64,000 bases of DNA from an uncultured Rikenella sp. (GCA_964635655.1 CAZWOC010000002.1:84319-148318), one strand, 5' to 3'. Shown: positions 9,177-20,092, counted from the first letter of the stretch. A program made the numbers and translations. Notes: a model not told the origin generated them from the sequence alone.

Positions 9177-9881
9177 ATGGAAGAAAAAATCAATGTAATG
9201 CCACGTATTGGCGACAAGGCTCCTGAGTTCAAGGCAGTAACCACCCAGGGTGAAATCAATTTCCCGTCAGATTACTCAGGCAGCTGGGTGATTCTCTTCA
9301 GCCATCCGGCTGACTTCACTCCCGTTTGCACAAGCGAGTTCATGACTTTTGCCACCATGGCAGAAAAATTTGAAAAAGCAAATACGAAGCTCGTCGGTCT
9401 TTCGGTTGACGGTCTCTACAGCCATATTGCATGGCTGCGCACAATCAAGGAGAAGATTGAGTACAAGGGGATGAAGGATGTGGAGGTGAAATTCCCTCTC
9501 ATAGAAGATATCACAATGGATGTTGCAAAGAAATACGGCATGATGATGCCGGGTGAAAGCAGCACCAAGGCTGTAAGGGCAGTGTTTTTCATTGACCCTA
9601 AGGGAATCATCCGTACCATTCTTTACTACCCGCTGAGCCTCGGCCGTAATTTTGAGGAGATCTACAGGGTAGTGCTGGGCCTGCAGACCGCTGATGCATT
9701 CTCAGTGGCACTTCCGGCCGACTGGCAGCCGGGCGACGATGTGATCGTTCCCACAGCCGGTTCCTGCGGCGTTGCCAAGCAGCGTATGGAGAGCAAGGAG
9801 GAGATGAAATGCTACGACTGGTTCTTCTGCACGAAGAAGCTTGACAAGCAGAAGATCCTTGATACCGTGCTCAAGAAATAG
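9177..9881 (+). CDS. Peroxiredoxin, Prx6 subfamily
   Basis: SHPADFTPVCTSE peroxidatic motif, GRNFEEI, and a C-terminal CYDWFFC motif as in archaeal-type AhpC. Confidence 0.93.
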   Translation: MEEKINVMPRIGDKAPEFKAVTTQGEINFPSDYSGSWVILFSHPADFTPVCTSEFMTFATMAEKFEKANTKLVGLSVDGLYSHIAWLRTIKEKIEYKGMKDVEVKFPLIEDITMDVAKKYGMMMPGESSTKAVRAVFFIDPKGIIRTILYYPLSLGRNFEEIYRVVLGLQTADAFSVALPADWQPGDDVIVPTAGSCGVAKQRMESKEEMKCYDWFFCTKKLDKQKILDTVLKK

Positions 9882-9903
9882 TTTTTGATAAAGTTGATCA
9901 GAC

Positions 9904-9940
9904 AAGAGGGTGGCTCACTGAACGTGGTCACCCTCTTTGG
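9904..9940. terminator. Likely bidirectional terminator between prx and asnB
   Basis: AAGAGGGTGGC ... GTCACCCTCTT inverted repeat. Confidence 0.6.
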
Positions 9941-10001
9941 TTAATTGCCTGTTGGTTTCAATGAGTCACCGGCAGGTTTCACATCGTGGCTGTTCACACG
10001 T

Positions 10002-11666
10002 TCAGTATGACTTTACGTGCACATTGCGTACTGCGCGGCCTGACGGATCATTCTGGTTGCGGAACGATTCGTCCCATGCCAGTGCCTCAGCCGTGCTGCA
10101 TGCCACCGAAGGTACTGAAGGTACCGTCATGGCAGCCGTTTCAGACGGGAAATGCTCGGTGAATATTGACCGGTAGAAATATTCCTCCTTTGTCATCGGC
10201 GTGTTCAGCGGGAACCGGTAACGCGCCGTGGCCATCATCTCATCCGTAACCTTTTCGGAGGTCAGATGCTTCAGTGTGTCTATCCAGCTGTATCCCACCC
10301 CGTCAGAGAACTGCTCTTTCTGCCGCCACGCTATATCATGCGGGAGGTAATCTTCGAATGCCTTTCTGAGAACCCATTTCTCCATCTTCCCGTTTCCGGC
10401 CATCTTGTCTGCCGGATTGAGCCTCATTGCGACATCCAGAAACTCCTTGTCGAGGAATGGCACCCTTCCTTCCACACCCCAGGCTGCCAGTGACTTGTTG
10501 GCACGGAGGCAGTCATAGAGATGGAGTTTTGAGAGCTTTCGCACAGTTTCTTCGTGGAACTCACGGGGACCGGGCGCCCTGTGGAAATAGAGGTAACCGC
10601 CGAACACCTCGTCTGCCCCTTCCCCGGAAAGCACCATCTTCACTCCCATTGACTTGATAACCCTCGCCATCAGATACATCGGCGTGGAGGCCCTGACCGT
10701 CGTAACATCATATGTTTCAAGATAGTAAATCACATCCCGCACTGCGTCAAGTCCTTCCTGAACTGTAATATGTATCTCATGGTGCACAGTCCCTATGTGG
10801 TCAGCCACTCGCCTTGCGGCTGCCAGATCCGGCGATCCCTCAAGCCCTATGGCAAAGGAGTGCAACTGCGGCCACCATGCATCTGCCTGGTCGTCGGTCT
10901 CGATCCGCCTCGCGGCATACTTCTTTGCAATTGCGGAAATTACAGAGCTGTCCAGACCACCCGAAAGCAGCACCCCGTATGGCACATCAGACATCAGCTG
11001 ACGGTGAACAGCCTTTTCAAGTTCTTCGCGCAACGCGCGAATATCTGTTGTATTTTCTGCCACGGCATCATATTCTGTCCAGTCACGTTCATACCACTTT
11101 TTCATTGTTCCCTCACGGCTGAAATAATAATGCCCCGGAGGAAAGGTCTCAATTTTTTTACAGACACCCTCAAGCGCCTTAAGCTCGGAAGCGAAGTAAA
11201 GATTGCCATGAATATCCCATCCCATATAGAAAGGGATTATGCCTATATGGTCACGGGCAGCCAGGAAACAGTCGTTCACTTCATCATAAAGGACAAAAGC
11301 AAATATCCCGTTAAGCTCGTCAAGGAAATCACAGCCACGGTCGGCATACAGTGCGAGGATCACCTCGCAGTCCGACCTTGTTGTAAAATCATACTTATCC
11401 TTGTAATACTCCCTTATCTCCCGGTGATTGTATATCTCCCCATTTACACCCAGGATCAGCCGGCGGTCACGGCTGTAAAGCGGCTGACGGCCCGACTGAA
11501 CATCTACTATTGAGAGCCTCTCATGAGCTATAATTGCTTTCTCCCCGCAATAAATACCTGACCAGTCCGGTCCCCGGTGCCTCAGTTTGCCGGACATCTC
11601 AAGAATCCGGGGCCGAAGCTCCTCCGCCCTCACCTTCAGGTCAAAAACACCAACAACACCACACAT
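10002..11666 (-). CDS. asnB: Asparagine synthetase B (glutamine-hydrolysing)
   Basis: N-terminal MCG, RHRGPD, LSGGLDSS, SGEGADEVFGGY, RVPFLD. Confidence 0.97.
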   Translation of the reverse strand: MCGVVGVFDLKVRAEELRPRILEMSGKLRHRGPDWSGIYCGEKAIIAHERLSIVDVQSGRQPLYSRDRRLILGVNGEIYNHREIREYYKDKYDFTTRSDCEVILALYADRGCDFLDELNGIFAFVLYDEVNDCFLAARDHIGIIPFYMGWDIHGNLYFASELKALEGVCKKIETFPPGHYYFSREGTMKKWYERDWTEYDAVAENTTDIRALREELEKAVHRQLMSDVPYGVLLSGGLDSSVISAIAKKYAARRIETDDQADAWWPQLHSFAIGLEGSPDLAAARRVADHIGTVHHEIHITVQEGLDAVRDVIYYLETYDVTTVRASTPMYLMARVIKSMGVKMVLSGEGADEVFGGYLYFHRAPGPREFHEETVRKLSKLHLYDCLRANKSLAAWGVEGRVPFLDKEFLDVAMRLNPADKMAGNGKMEKWVLRKAFEDYLPHDIAWRQKEQFSDGVGYSWIDTLKHLTSEKVTDEMMATARYRFPLNTPMTKEEYFYRSIFTEHFPSETAAMTVPSVPSVACSTAEALAWDESFRNQNDPSGRAVRNVHVKSY

Positions 11667-11802
11667 ACGATATAAATAAATTATGATTTAAGGGGAGCAA
11701 AAATATATTTTTTTATCGTATGTCAGGCGTTTTGTTTAAGTTTTTAAACTGAATTTTTGGTTTTGTTTAATTTGTATTAATGTTAACCTCCTCCTCCACT
11801 AC

Positions 11803-11830
11803 TGCCTATTGCCTATTGCCTATTGCCTAC
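11803..11830 (+). repeat. Heptamer tandem repeat (TGCCTAT)x4
   Basis: TGCCTAT TGCCTAT TGCCTAT TGCCTAC, overlapping the fumarase stop codon. Confidence 0.85.
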
Positions 11831-13429
11831 TCCCTGATAGAAATCATTCCCTTTATCGTCTGTCAGGATAAATGCCGGCATGTTTTTGACCACAATCTTG
11901 CGGACGGCTTCCATTCCCAGCTCCTCAAAGTCGACAACCTCAACAGAGATGATGTTTTCAGCGGCAAGGACAGCTGCCGGCCCGCCGACAGACCCAAGGT
12001 AGAAACCTCCATGCTTTTTGCAGGCATCGGTTACCTGCTTTGAGCGGTTGCCCTTGGCAAGCATCACCATGGAGCCGCCCTGGCTCTGGAAGAGGTCAAC
12101 ATAAGTGTCCATCCGGCCTGCAGTTGTCGGACCGAATGAACCGGAAGCCATTCCCTCGGGCGTCTTGGCCGGCCCGGCATAGTATATCGGGTGATTCCTG
12201 AAGTATTCGGGCATCGGCTTGCCTTCATCAAGCATCTGCTTAATGCGAGCATGGGCAATGTCTCGTGCCACTATCAGCGTACCGTTCAGACTAAGCCTTG
12301 TCTTTACAGGGTATTTTGTCAGCTCAGCAAGTATCTCCTTCATTGGTTTCTCAAGGTCTATAACCACCGGTTTGTCGAGCTCAGGCGCCTTCTCAGGCAG
12401 AAACCTTGCCGGCTCTGTCTCAAGCTGTTCAATGAAGACCCCCTCAGCAGTGATTTTTCCCCTGATGTTACGGTCAGCGCTGCAGCTTACTCCCAGGCCT
12501 ACAGGGCATGATGCGGCATGCCGCGGCAGGCGGATGACCCTGACATCATGCACAAAGTATTTCCCGCCGAACTGGGCACCCACACCGTACTCCTGGCAGA
12601 TCTTCTCAACCTTATCCTCCCATTCGGTATCACGGAACGCCCTGCCGGCGGCGTTGCCGGTTGTCGGAAGATCATCAAGATAACCTGATGAAGCCAGCTT
12701 CACAGTCTTCAGTGTCATCTCGGCAGATGTGCCGCCTATTACCAGCGCAAGATGATACGGCGGACATGCTGACGTTCCCAGGTCGTCGATCTTCTCACGT
12801 ATGAACTTCCGGAGAGAAGCTTCATTCAGCAGTGACCTGGATTGCTGGTACAGAAATGTCTTGTTTGCAGAGCCGCCACCCTTGGCGATGAAAAGGAACC
12901 TGTACTCTTCTCCCTGGCATGAGACAATGTCAATCTGCGCCGGAAGGTTTGTACCGGTGTTCTTTTCCTCGAACATAGAGTACGGAACTATCTGTGAATA
13001 ACGGAGGTTCTTTTCACCGTATGTCTCCCATATCCCGCGACTGAGATGAAGCGAGTCATCTATCCCGGTATAGACATCCTCACCCTTCCAGGCCATCACA
13101 ATTGCTGTACCCGTATCCTGGCACCACGGCAGCTTCCCCTCTGACGAGATCACGCTGTTGCGAAGCATCACCCACGCAACGAAACGGTCATTGTCAGTGG
13201 CCTCCGGATCGCGAAGGATCTTAGCCAGCTTTTCCAGATGCGCCGTTCGCAGGTAAAAATTGACATCGATAAAAGCCTGCCGGGCAAGCATTTTAAGAGC
13301 CTCCGGCTTAACTTCGAGAATCCTCCTCCCGAAAAACTCGGTTACCCTGACATAATCAGCGGTTATGCGGCGGTATTTTGTATCGTCCCTCCTGTGCTGG
13401 AAGGGATTTTCATACATGAAATCTCCCAT
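11813..13429 (-). CDS. fumA: Class I Fe-S fumarate hydratase
   Basis: [38 protein letters not shown]. Confidence 0.95.
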   Translation of the reverse strand: MGDFMYENPFQHRRDDTKYRRITADYVRVTEFFGRRILEVKPEALKMLARQAFIDVNFYLRTAHLEKLAKILRDPEATDNDRFVAWVMLRNSVISSEGKLPWCQDTGTAIVMAWKGEDVYTGIDDSLHLSRGIWETYGEKNLRYSQIVPYSMFEEKNTGTNLPAQIDIVSCQGEEYRFLFIAKGGGSANKTFLYQQSRSLLNEASLRKFIREKIDDLGTSACPPYHLALVIGGTSAEMTLKTVKLASSGYLDDLPTTGNAAGRAFRDTEWEDKVEKICQEYGVGAQFGGKYFVHDVRVIRLPRHAASCPVGLGVSCSADRNIRGKITAEGVFIEQLETEPARFLPEKAPELDKPVVIDLEKPMKEILAELTKYPVKTRLSLNGTLIVARDIAHARIKQMLDEGKPMPEYFRNHPIYYAGPAKTPEGMASGSFGPTTAGRMDTYVDLFQSQGGSMVMLAKGNRSKQVTDACKKHGGFYLGSVGGPAAVLAAENIISVEVVDFEELGMEAVRKIVVKNMPAFILTDDKGNDFYQGVGNRQ

Positions 13430-13470
13430 TGCGGATACGATTTTAAGGGATTACTGTACCAAAGATAGGC

Positions 13471-13498
13471 AGGCATGAGGCATAAGGCAACAGGCAAC
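13471..13498 (+). repeat. Degenerate heptamer tandem repeat (AGGCANN)x4
   Basis: AGGCATG AGGCATA AGGCAAC AGGCAAC; reverse-complement family of the 11803 tract. Confidence 0.7.
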
Positions 13499-13561
13499 AG
13501 TGATTTTAATTACATAGATGTTGTCTAAATAAGAAAGACATGTTAAAATAATCCATCAGGC

Positions 13562-13602
13562 CGAAAACGTTTGAAATATATGAAACAACGCAAACGCCCG
13601 AA
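13562..13602. promoter_or_regulatory. Putative LacI-family operators upstream of the maltose operon
   Basis: CGAAAACGTTTGAA (13562-13575) and CGCAAACGCCCG (13589-13600); near-identical sites occur at 36043-36068. Confidence 0.6.
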
Positions 13603-13706
13603 AAATCGGCGTTTAGAAGCTTCCGGGCGGTATTGCGGAACCGGATTTTCGATTAATTTTGAATAAGTTAACAGAGCAGGGTAATAAACCTAACATCAGA
13701 CCTACA

Positions 13707-15275
13707 ATGAATGTGATTTACAGACGCAAACCTCATCTGTCGCGCTGGCAGATCTGGAACATGAGTTTTGGATTTCTGGGTATCCAGTTCGGTTTCGCAC
13801 TTCAGAACGGCAATGTAAGCCGGATCTTCCAGACCCTCGGAGCCGACATTGACAATATCCCGATACTCTGGATAGCTGCCCCGGTTACCGGCCTGCTCGT
13901 TCAGCCGATAGTGGGTCATATGAGTGACCGGACATGGAATCGTCTTGGAAGGCGACGCCCTTACTTCCTTACCGGAGCCATACTTGCCTCCCTTGCGCTT
14001 GCAATAATCACGAATTCACCCACATGGATCTTTGCCACCCTGATGCTGTGGATAATGGACGCTTCAATTAACATTTCAATGGAACCGTTCCGTGCATTTG
14101 TGGGTGATATGCTCTCATCAGAACAGCGAACCACGGGATTTGCCATGCAGAGTTTCTTCATCGGCATAGGAGCCGTCATCGGCAGCTTTCTTCCATGGAT
14201 GCTGGCCAACTGGTTCAATGTGCCCGAGGTGCCTGCGGAGGGCAGGCTTATACCGTTCAACCTGAAGCTTTCTTTCTACATCGGATCGGCAGTGCTGCTC
14301 TGTGCTGTGCTTTGGACTATAATACGCACGAAGGAGTATTCGCCTGACGAGCTGGAAGAATTTGAAAAGGGCGAGCGGATCGCGCGTGGTGAACTGCCGG
14401 AAGATAAAACCGCTCCGGTAACCGGAGTGCAGCCCGGCCAGGTAACTGAAGCCACAACCGGCCGGGATACCAATTTCTACCGCCCCGGCATTATCTGGCT
14501 TGCTGTGGGTCTTGTCCTTACATTCATCCTCTCACAGGTTAACCTCGAGAAGGAACTGTACGTCGTCACCGGAGGTGTATCGCTTTTCGGACTGCTGCAG
14601 ATCATAGCAGGTCTGCTGAAGTCAGGCGGCAAAGGGGGTAACGGGCTGAACAGCATACTTACTGACCTCAAGCACATGCCTGCCACAATGGGACAGCTTG
14701 CAGTAGTACAGTTTTTTACATGGTTTGCGCTGTTTTCACTCTGGATTTACACCACCACTGCCGTCACCTCAAAAATATACGGTACCACTGATACCACCTC
14801 ACTTGCCTACAATGAAGGAGCTAACTGGGTGGGTGTTCTGTTTGGCGTCTACAACGGCTTTTCAGCCCTCGTCGCTTTCCTGTTACCGGTGCTGGCAAAA
14901 GCCACCTCGCGCAAGATGACTCACGCAATAAGCCTCCTCGTGGGGGGTGTGAGCCTGATATCGATAAGTCTTATCAATTCACCCACACTCCTTATACTCC
15001 CGATGCTGGGCATCGGTCTTGCATGGGCCAGTATTCTTTCAATGCCATACGCCATCCTGACAGGCTCACTGCCTCACAACAAGATGGGCATTTACATGGG
15101 TATATTCAATTTCTTCATAGTAATCCCTCAGATCCTTGCCGCAAGTATCCTCGGAAGCATGGTCAAGCATCTCTTCTCAGGCAACACGATGCTGGCGCTC
15201 GTCTCCGGCGGGATCTCGATGATAGTCGCGGCCCTCGCAGTAAAATTTGTAAAGGACGTCGACGACAGGAGGTGA
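13707..15275 (+). CDS. MFS maltose/maltodextrin transporter (SLC45/MalT-like)
   Basis: WNMSFGFLGIQFGF, GHMSDRTWNRLGRRRPYF, GIYMGIFNFFIVIPQI. ATG 13707 chosen; the track starts at TTG 13659. Confidence 0.9.
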   Translation: MNVIYRRKPHLSRWQIWNMSFGFLGIQFGFALQNGNVSRIFQTLGADIDNIPILWIAAPVTGLLVQPIVGHMSDRTWNRLGRRRPYFLTGAILASLALAIITNSPTWIFATLMLWIMDASINISMEPFRAFVGDMLSSEQRTTGFAMQSFFIGIGAVIGSFLPWMLANWFNVPEVPAEGRLIPFNLKLSFYIGSAVLLCAVLWTIIRTKEYSPDELEEFEKGERIARGELPEDKTAPVTGVQPGQVTEATTGRDTNFYRPGIIWLAVGLVLTFILSQVNLEKELYVVTGGVSLFGLLQIIAGLLKSGGKGGNGLNSILTDLKHMPATMGQLAVVQFFTWFALFSLWIYTTTAVTSKIYGTTDTTSLAYNEGANWVGVLFGVYNGFSALVAFLLPVLAKATSRKMTHAISLLVGGVSLISISLINSPTLLILPMLGIGLAWASILSMPYAILTGSLPHNKMGIYMGIFNFFIVIPQILAASILGSMVKHLFSGNTMLALVSGGISMIVAALAVKFVKDVDDRR

Positions 15276-15277
15276 CA

Positions 15278-15925
15278 ATGGACCTGAAGGGATGCATATT
15301 CGACCTCGACGGGGTCATCGTTGATACGGCGAAGTATCATTTCATGGCCTGGCGAAGGCTGGCCAAGGAGCTGGGGTTTGAATTCACTCTTGAAGACAAC
15401 GAAGCCCTGAAGGGGGTCAGCCGTATGGCATCGCTTGAGATTCTTCTGGCCAAAGGGGGAATCTCCGTAAGTGAAAAGGAAAAAGAGACACTGGCCAAAC
15501 GCAAGAACAACTGGTATGTCGAGTTCATCACAGGGATGAAACCTGGCGAGATACTTCCCGGAAGCGTGAAACTTCTCAAAACTCTGAGGAATGAGGGTAT
15601 TCTTACTGCCATCGGCTCGGCAAGTAAAAACGCCGGAACGATACTTGACGGAATAGGCCTTCGCGAGATGTTTGACGTGATTATTGACGGAAATAAAATA
15701 TCGCAGGCCAAACCTGATCCTGAGGTTTTCCTGAAAGGTGCAGAGGAGATGAAGCTTTCACCGTCGCAGTGTGTTGTGTTCGAGGATGCACAGGCAGGAA
15801 TAGAGGCGGCAATAGCCGGCGGGATGAAATGCGTCGGTGTAGGAAGTCCCCTGATGCTTGGCAGGGCAAATATTGTAGTTCCCGATCTGAAAAAAATAAC
15901 TGTAACCCAATTGAGAAATCTATAG
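15278..15925 (+). CDS. pgmB: Beta-phosphoglucomutase
   Basis: HAD motif FDLDGVIVDTA, LKGVSRM, SASKN, KPDPEVF, FEDA. True ATG at 15278; the track's 15023 start overlaps the MFS gene. Confidence 0.94.
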   Translation: MDLKGCIFDLDGVIVDTAKYHFMAWRRLAKELGFEFTLEDNEALKGVSRMASLEILLAKGGISVSEKEKETLAKRKNNWYVEFITGMKPGEILPGSVKLLKTLRNEGILTAIGSASKNAGTILDGIGLREMFDVIIDGNKISQAKPDPEVFLKGAEEMKLSPSQCVVFEDAQAGIEAAIAGGMKCVGVGSPLMLGRANIVVPDLKKITVTQLRNL

Positions 15926-15931
15926 TTCGAA

Positions 15932-18244
15932 ATGACTGATTCACGTTTTAAGCCCGATGAATGGAAAATCATCGAGACGAGATTTGAGGCCGACAGGGGC
16001 CGTGACTCGGAGAGCATTTTTGCCCTGGGAAACGGCATGATGGGTCAGAGGGCCAATTTTGAGGAGACATATTCAGGTGATACCCTGCGGGGAAACTATG
16101 TTGCAGGAGTCTATTATCCTGATAAGACAGTCGTCGGCTGGTGGAAAATAGGATACCCCGAATACTTTGCCAAGGTGCCGAACGCACCCTCATGGACAGA
16201 CATAATCATCCACATCGACGGCGAGGAGCTTGACCTTGCAAAATGCACACTGAAGAGCTTCCGAAGGGAACTCGACATGAAGGAGGGTGTGCTGACGCGA
16301 ATTTTCACCGCAGTGATGCCTTCAGGCAGGATTGCCGGGGTGACCGCAAGGAGATTCCTTTCGATGGACGAACCGGAGCTGGCTGCAATAAGCTACAGCG
16401 TCAGGATCACCGGCGGTAGCGGCAGTGTCGAACTCATCCCCTGGCTGAACGCCGATGTATATAATGAAGATGCCAACTACGACGAAAAATTCTGGGAGAA
16501 GGAATCATCAGCCCGCGACGGGAAACGTACAACTGTAGTTGCACAGACACGCAAAACGGCCTTCGTTGTAGCCACCGCAGCAGAAAATGCCTTCACCCTC
16601 AACGGCAGACCGGCAAAGGGAGAACCGGTGATTACCACCACTGATAAGACTGCCCGTTGCGCATTTACTTCAGATTATACTGACGGAGACACTTTCACAG
16701 TAATAAAGTATGTCGCTGTCCTTTCATCATTCAATCATCCGGCAGAAGGCCTGGCTGAAAAGGCCATGGCTTCGGCCGGCAAGGCCGCCGCAAAGGGCTT
16801 TGACACACTCCTCGAAGCCCACCGGAAGGCCTGGGCAAAAAAGTGGGAACACGGAGACATAGCTATAAAGGGAGATATAGCGGCCCAGCAGGGAATACGC
16901 TTCAACATCTTCCAGCTCAACCAGACATATACAGGCGAGGATCCCCGGCTGAACATCGGTCCCAAGGGATTCACCGGTGAAAAGTACGGCGGCAGCACAT
17001 ACTGGGATACCGAGGCATTCGCATTCCCCTTCTATCTAAGCACCTCTGACACTCACGTCGCACGCAACCTGCTGCTGTACAGGTATAAACATCTCGGGAA
17101 AGCCATTGAAAACGCACAGAAGCTTGGGTTCACAGGCGGTGCAGCACTCTATCCCATGGTCACGATGAACGGCGAGGAGTGTCACAATGAGTGGGAGATT
17201 ACCTTCGAGGAGATCCACCGGAACGGGGCCATCGCATATGCCATCTTCAATTATGTAAGTCATACCGGCGACCAGGATTACCTCGCAGAGTACGGACTGG
17301 AAGTGCTGATTGCAATCTCCCGGTTCTGGGCGCAGCGTTCCGGCTGGTCGGATGAGAAGAAGAAGTATGTCATCCTTGGCGTCACCGGCCCCAATGAGTA
17401 TGAAAACAATGTAAACAACAACTGGTATACGAACACGCTGGCACGCTGGACACTCAGGTACACCTCTGAAATGCTCGGATGGCTCCGGTCTGCAAGCACC
17501 GTGAAGTACAATGCAGTGGTGGCCCGCTCCCGGCTTGACACCCAGTCAGAGCTGAAACAGTGGCAGGAGATAATCGCAAACATCCATCTGCCTGAACACC
17601 ATAACCTGGGAATCTTCCTGCAGCAGGACGGATTCATGGATAAGGTGCAGCAGACTGTCAGTGACCTTGATCCTGCAGAACGGCCCCTTAACCAGCACTG
17701 GTCGTGGGACCGCATCCTACGGTCGGTCTTCATTAAACAGGCAGATGTGCTTCAGGGGATCTACTTCTTCGAGGATGAATTCGACGAGGATACAATCAGG
17801 CGGAACTTCAACTTTTACGAGCCCCGATGCGTCCATGAATCGTCTCTCTCGGCAAGCATCCATTCAGTTCTGGCAGCCAGGCTGCATGACACCGAAAGAG
17901 CTTATAAACTTTACCTGCGGACAGCAAGGCTTGATCTGGACGATTACAACCGGGAGGTTAAGGACGGGCTCCATATTACAAGCATGGCCGGCACCTGGCT
18001 CGCAATCGTGGAGGGCTTCGGCGGAATGAGGATACGCAATGAAAGAGTGTTCTTCAATCCCGTAATTCCTGCTGCCTGGGAGTCATACTCTTTCATAATC
18101 AGGTACAGGAACAATCCCCTCCGGGCGGAAGTCAACGGCAAAACAGTCACAGTGGTCAACCTCTCGCAGGCTGAGATACCTCTTGCGTTATACGGGGAGC
18201 ATGTGACCCTGAAACCCGGTGAAGAAAGAAAATTTGAAAAGTAA
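15932..18244 (+). CDS. GH65 maltose phosphorylase
   Basis: ESIFALGNG, GPKGFTGEKYGGSTYWDTE, GPNEYE, KQADV, HESSLS; next to pgmB. Confidence 0.93.
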   Translation: MTDSRFKPDEWKIIETRFEADRGRDSESIFALGNGMMGQRANFEETYSGDTLRGNYVAGVYYPDKTVVGWWKIGYPEYFAKVPNAPSWTDIIIHIDGEELDLAKCTLKSFRRELDMKEGVLTRIFTAVMPSGRIAGVTARRFLSMDEPELAAISYSVRITGGSGSVELIPWLNADVYNEDANYDEKFWEKESSARDGKRTTVVAQTRKTAFVVATAAENAFTLNGRPAKGEPVITTTDKTARCAFTSDYTDGDTFTVIKYVAVLSSFNHPAEGLAEKAMASAGKAAAKGFDTLLEAHRKAWAKKWEHGDIAIKGDIAAQQGIRFNIFQLNQTYTGEDPRLNIGPKGFTGEKYGGSTYWDTEAFAFPFYLSTSDTHVARNLLLYRYKHLGKAIENAQKLGFTGGAALYPMVTMNGEECHNEWEITFEEIHRNGAIAYAIFNYVSHTGDQDYLAEYGLEVLIAISRFWAQRSGWSDEKKKYVILGVTGPNEYENNVNNNWYTNTLARWTLRYTSEMLGWLRSASTVKYNAVVARSRLDTQSELKQWQEIIANIHLPEHHNLGIFLQQDGFMDKVQQTVSDLDPAERPLNQHWSWDRILRSVFIKQADVLQGIYFFEDEFDEDTIRRNFNFYEPRCVHESSLSASIHSVLAARLHDTERAYKLYLRTARLDLDDYNREVKDGLHITSMAGTWLAIVEGFGGMRIRNERVFFNPVIPAAWESYSFIIRYRNNPLRAEVNGKTVTVVNLSQAEIPLALYGEHVTLKPGEERKFEK

Positions 18245-20085
18245 TGAAAAGAATACTCTATTCACTTCTGTTTCTGGCACTGCCGGCATTGCACCCGGCA
18301 GCAGCACAGGTCATTGAACGCGTTGACCCTCCCTCATGGTTCACGGGCATGAAGGAGAATGTTGTACAACTGATGGTTTACGGGAAGGAAATCGGTTCGT
18401 TTGATGCAAAAACCGATTACCCCGGAGTTGAGGTAAAGACCCTCGTCCGAACCGAAAACCCGAACTACCTCTTCGTAAACATGGAGATCTCTGACATGGC
18501 TGTGCCGGGTACGGTGACCCTTACCTTCACCCGCGGCAAGCAGAAGCTTACCCACAGCTATCCGCTCATGGCAAGGCCTGCCGGGCCGGCACGTGGATTC
18601 AACTCATCCGATGTGATTTACCTGCTGATGCCTGACCGCTTCGCAAACGGCGACACCTCAAATGACAACGTTTCCGGCATGACCGAGCAGCTGAACCGCA
18701 GCAATCCCGGCGGAAGGCACGGCGGTGACCTGAAAGGCATCACTGATCATCTCGACTACCTTCATTCACTTGGGGTGACAGGTGTCTGGCTCAACCCGTT
18801 CCTCGAGAATAACCAGCACCATTCATCATACCACGGTTACTCAACAACCGACTTTTACAAATCTGATCCGCGCTACGGCTCCAACGAGGAGTTTAAAAAC
18901 CTGATTGCCGAAGCTCACAAAAGAGGAATTAAGGTGGTTATGGATATGATATTTAATCACGTAGGATCATTCCACTGGTGGATGAAGGATCTCCCCTCGA
19001 AGGACTGGATACACCAGTTTAATGAATTCACCCGCACAAACTACCGGGCCTCCACATACATGGACCCCTACGCCTCTGTGACTGACAGGATGCTTATGGA
19101 AAGGGGCTGGTTTGACGTTACAATGCCCGACCTCAACCAGAACAACCCCCTGGTGGAAACATACCTCATCCAGACAAGCCTGTGGTGGATCGCCTTCAGC
19201 GACCTTGACGGGATAAGAATGGACACCTACCCATACCCGCAGCCTGACATGATGTCAAGATGGGCTGCAAGGGTAGAGAAGGAATTTCCGGGTTTCTTTA
19301 TTGTCGGCGAGGTGTGGTACGACGATCCGTCACATGTCTCCTACTGGGCTCTTAATAAGGTAAATCCTGACGGTTACAGGTCAAATCTCCCTTCGCTGAC
19401 AGACCTTCCGCTGTGCTTTGCAACACACAGGGCATTTGAAGGCAAGCTAAATCCTAATGACGGAATGTCGAAGCTGTACAACCTGCTCTCACAGGACTTT
19501 CTCTACCCGGAACCGTTCAGGAATGTAATATTTCTTGACAACCATGACATGACGAGGTTCTTCACCCAGACAGGCAGCAACCTTGATAATTATAAAATGG
19601 GCCTGGCCTTTATAATGACAACAAGGGGCATCCCGCAGCTCTATTACGGGACCGAGATAGTTATGGAAGGTGACAAGAGCAAGGGCGACGGGCGGCTGAG
19701 AGATGACTTCCCCGGTGGCTGGCCGGGTGATGCCAGGAATGCATTCACAGGCAACGGACTTACGGGGCAGGAAAAAGAGGCACTTGATTATACAAGGCTT
19801 ATCCTGAACTGGAGGAAGGCAAAGGATGTGATCCATACCGGAAGGCTGAAACACTATATCCCCTCTGACGGCGTGTATGTCTATTTCAGGTACAATGATG
19901 ACGAGAGCGTCATGGTGGTGATTAACAATAATCCGGAGGAAACCCGGACAATCCGCGGCGAAAAATTTGCCGAGTCACTGCAAGGTTTTACCGGAGGTAC
20001 TGATATAATCTCGGGCCGGAAGATTGAAGACCTGGGCTCCTTCACAGTTGGTCCCAAAACAGCAATGATTATTGAACTAAAATAA
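18244..20085 (+). CDS. susA: GH13 cyclomaltodextrinase/neopullulanase (SusA-like)
   Basis: RVDPPSWFTGM N-domain, YLLMPDRFANG, SYHGY, GIRMDT, VGEVW, DNHD catalytic motifs; signal peptide. Confidence 0.88.
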   Translation: MKRILYSLLFLALPALHPAAAQVIERVDPPSWFTGMKENVVQLMVYGKEIGSFDAKTDYPGVEVKTLVRTENPNYLFVNMEISDMAVPGTVTLTFTRGKQKLTHSYPLMARPAGPARGFNSSDVIYLLMPDRFANGDTSNDNVSGMTEQLNRSNPGGRHGGDLKGITDHLDYLHSLGVTGVWLNPFLENNQHHSSYHGYSTTDFYKSDPRYGSNEEFKNLIAEAHKRGIKVVMDMIFNHVGSFHWWMKDLPSKDWIHQFNEFTRTNYRASTYMDPYASVTDRMLMERGWFDVTMPDLNQNNPLVETYLIQTSLWWIAFSDLDGIRMDTYPYPQPDMMSRWAARVEKEFPGFFIVGEVWYDDPSHVSYWALNKVNPDGYRSNLPSLTDLPLCFATHRAFEGKLNPNDGMSKLYNLLSQDFLYPEPFRNVIFLDNHDMTRFFTQTGSNLDNYKMGLAFIMTTRGIPQLYYGTEIVMEGDKSKGDGRLRDDFPGGWPGDARNAFTGNGLTGQEKEALDYTRLILNWRKAKDVIHTGRLKHYIPSDGVYVYFRYNDDESVMVVINNNPEETRTIRGEKFAESLQGFTGGTDIISGRKIEDLGSFTVGPKTAMIIELK

Positions 20086-20092
20086 CCTGATC

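Noticed and set aside
11411-11421. CCCTTATCTCC match to the tRNA-Ala 3' end as a possible att site
   Set aside because: Only 11 bp, inside asnB and 40 kb away on the wrong side; chance match.
11803-13498. Idea that the heptamer tracts pair the 5' and 3' ends of the fumarase mRNA
   Set aside because: The upstream tract lies 5' of the TATCTTTG -7 element, so it is probably not transcribed.
15023-15277. Long N-terminal extension of pgmB in the ORF track
   Set aside because: It overlaps the MFS gene; the HAD motif begins right after ATG 15278. The same reasoning applies to the extended starts at 37819, 38195, 39938, 42964 and 54223.
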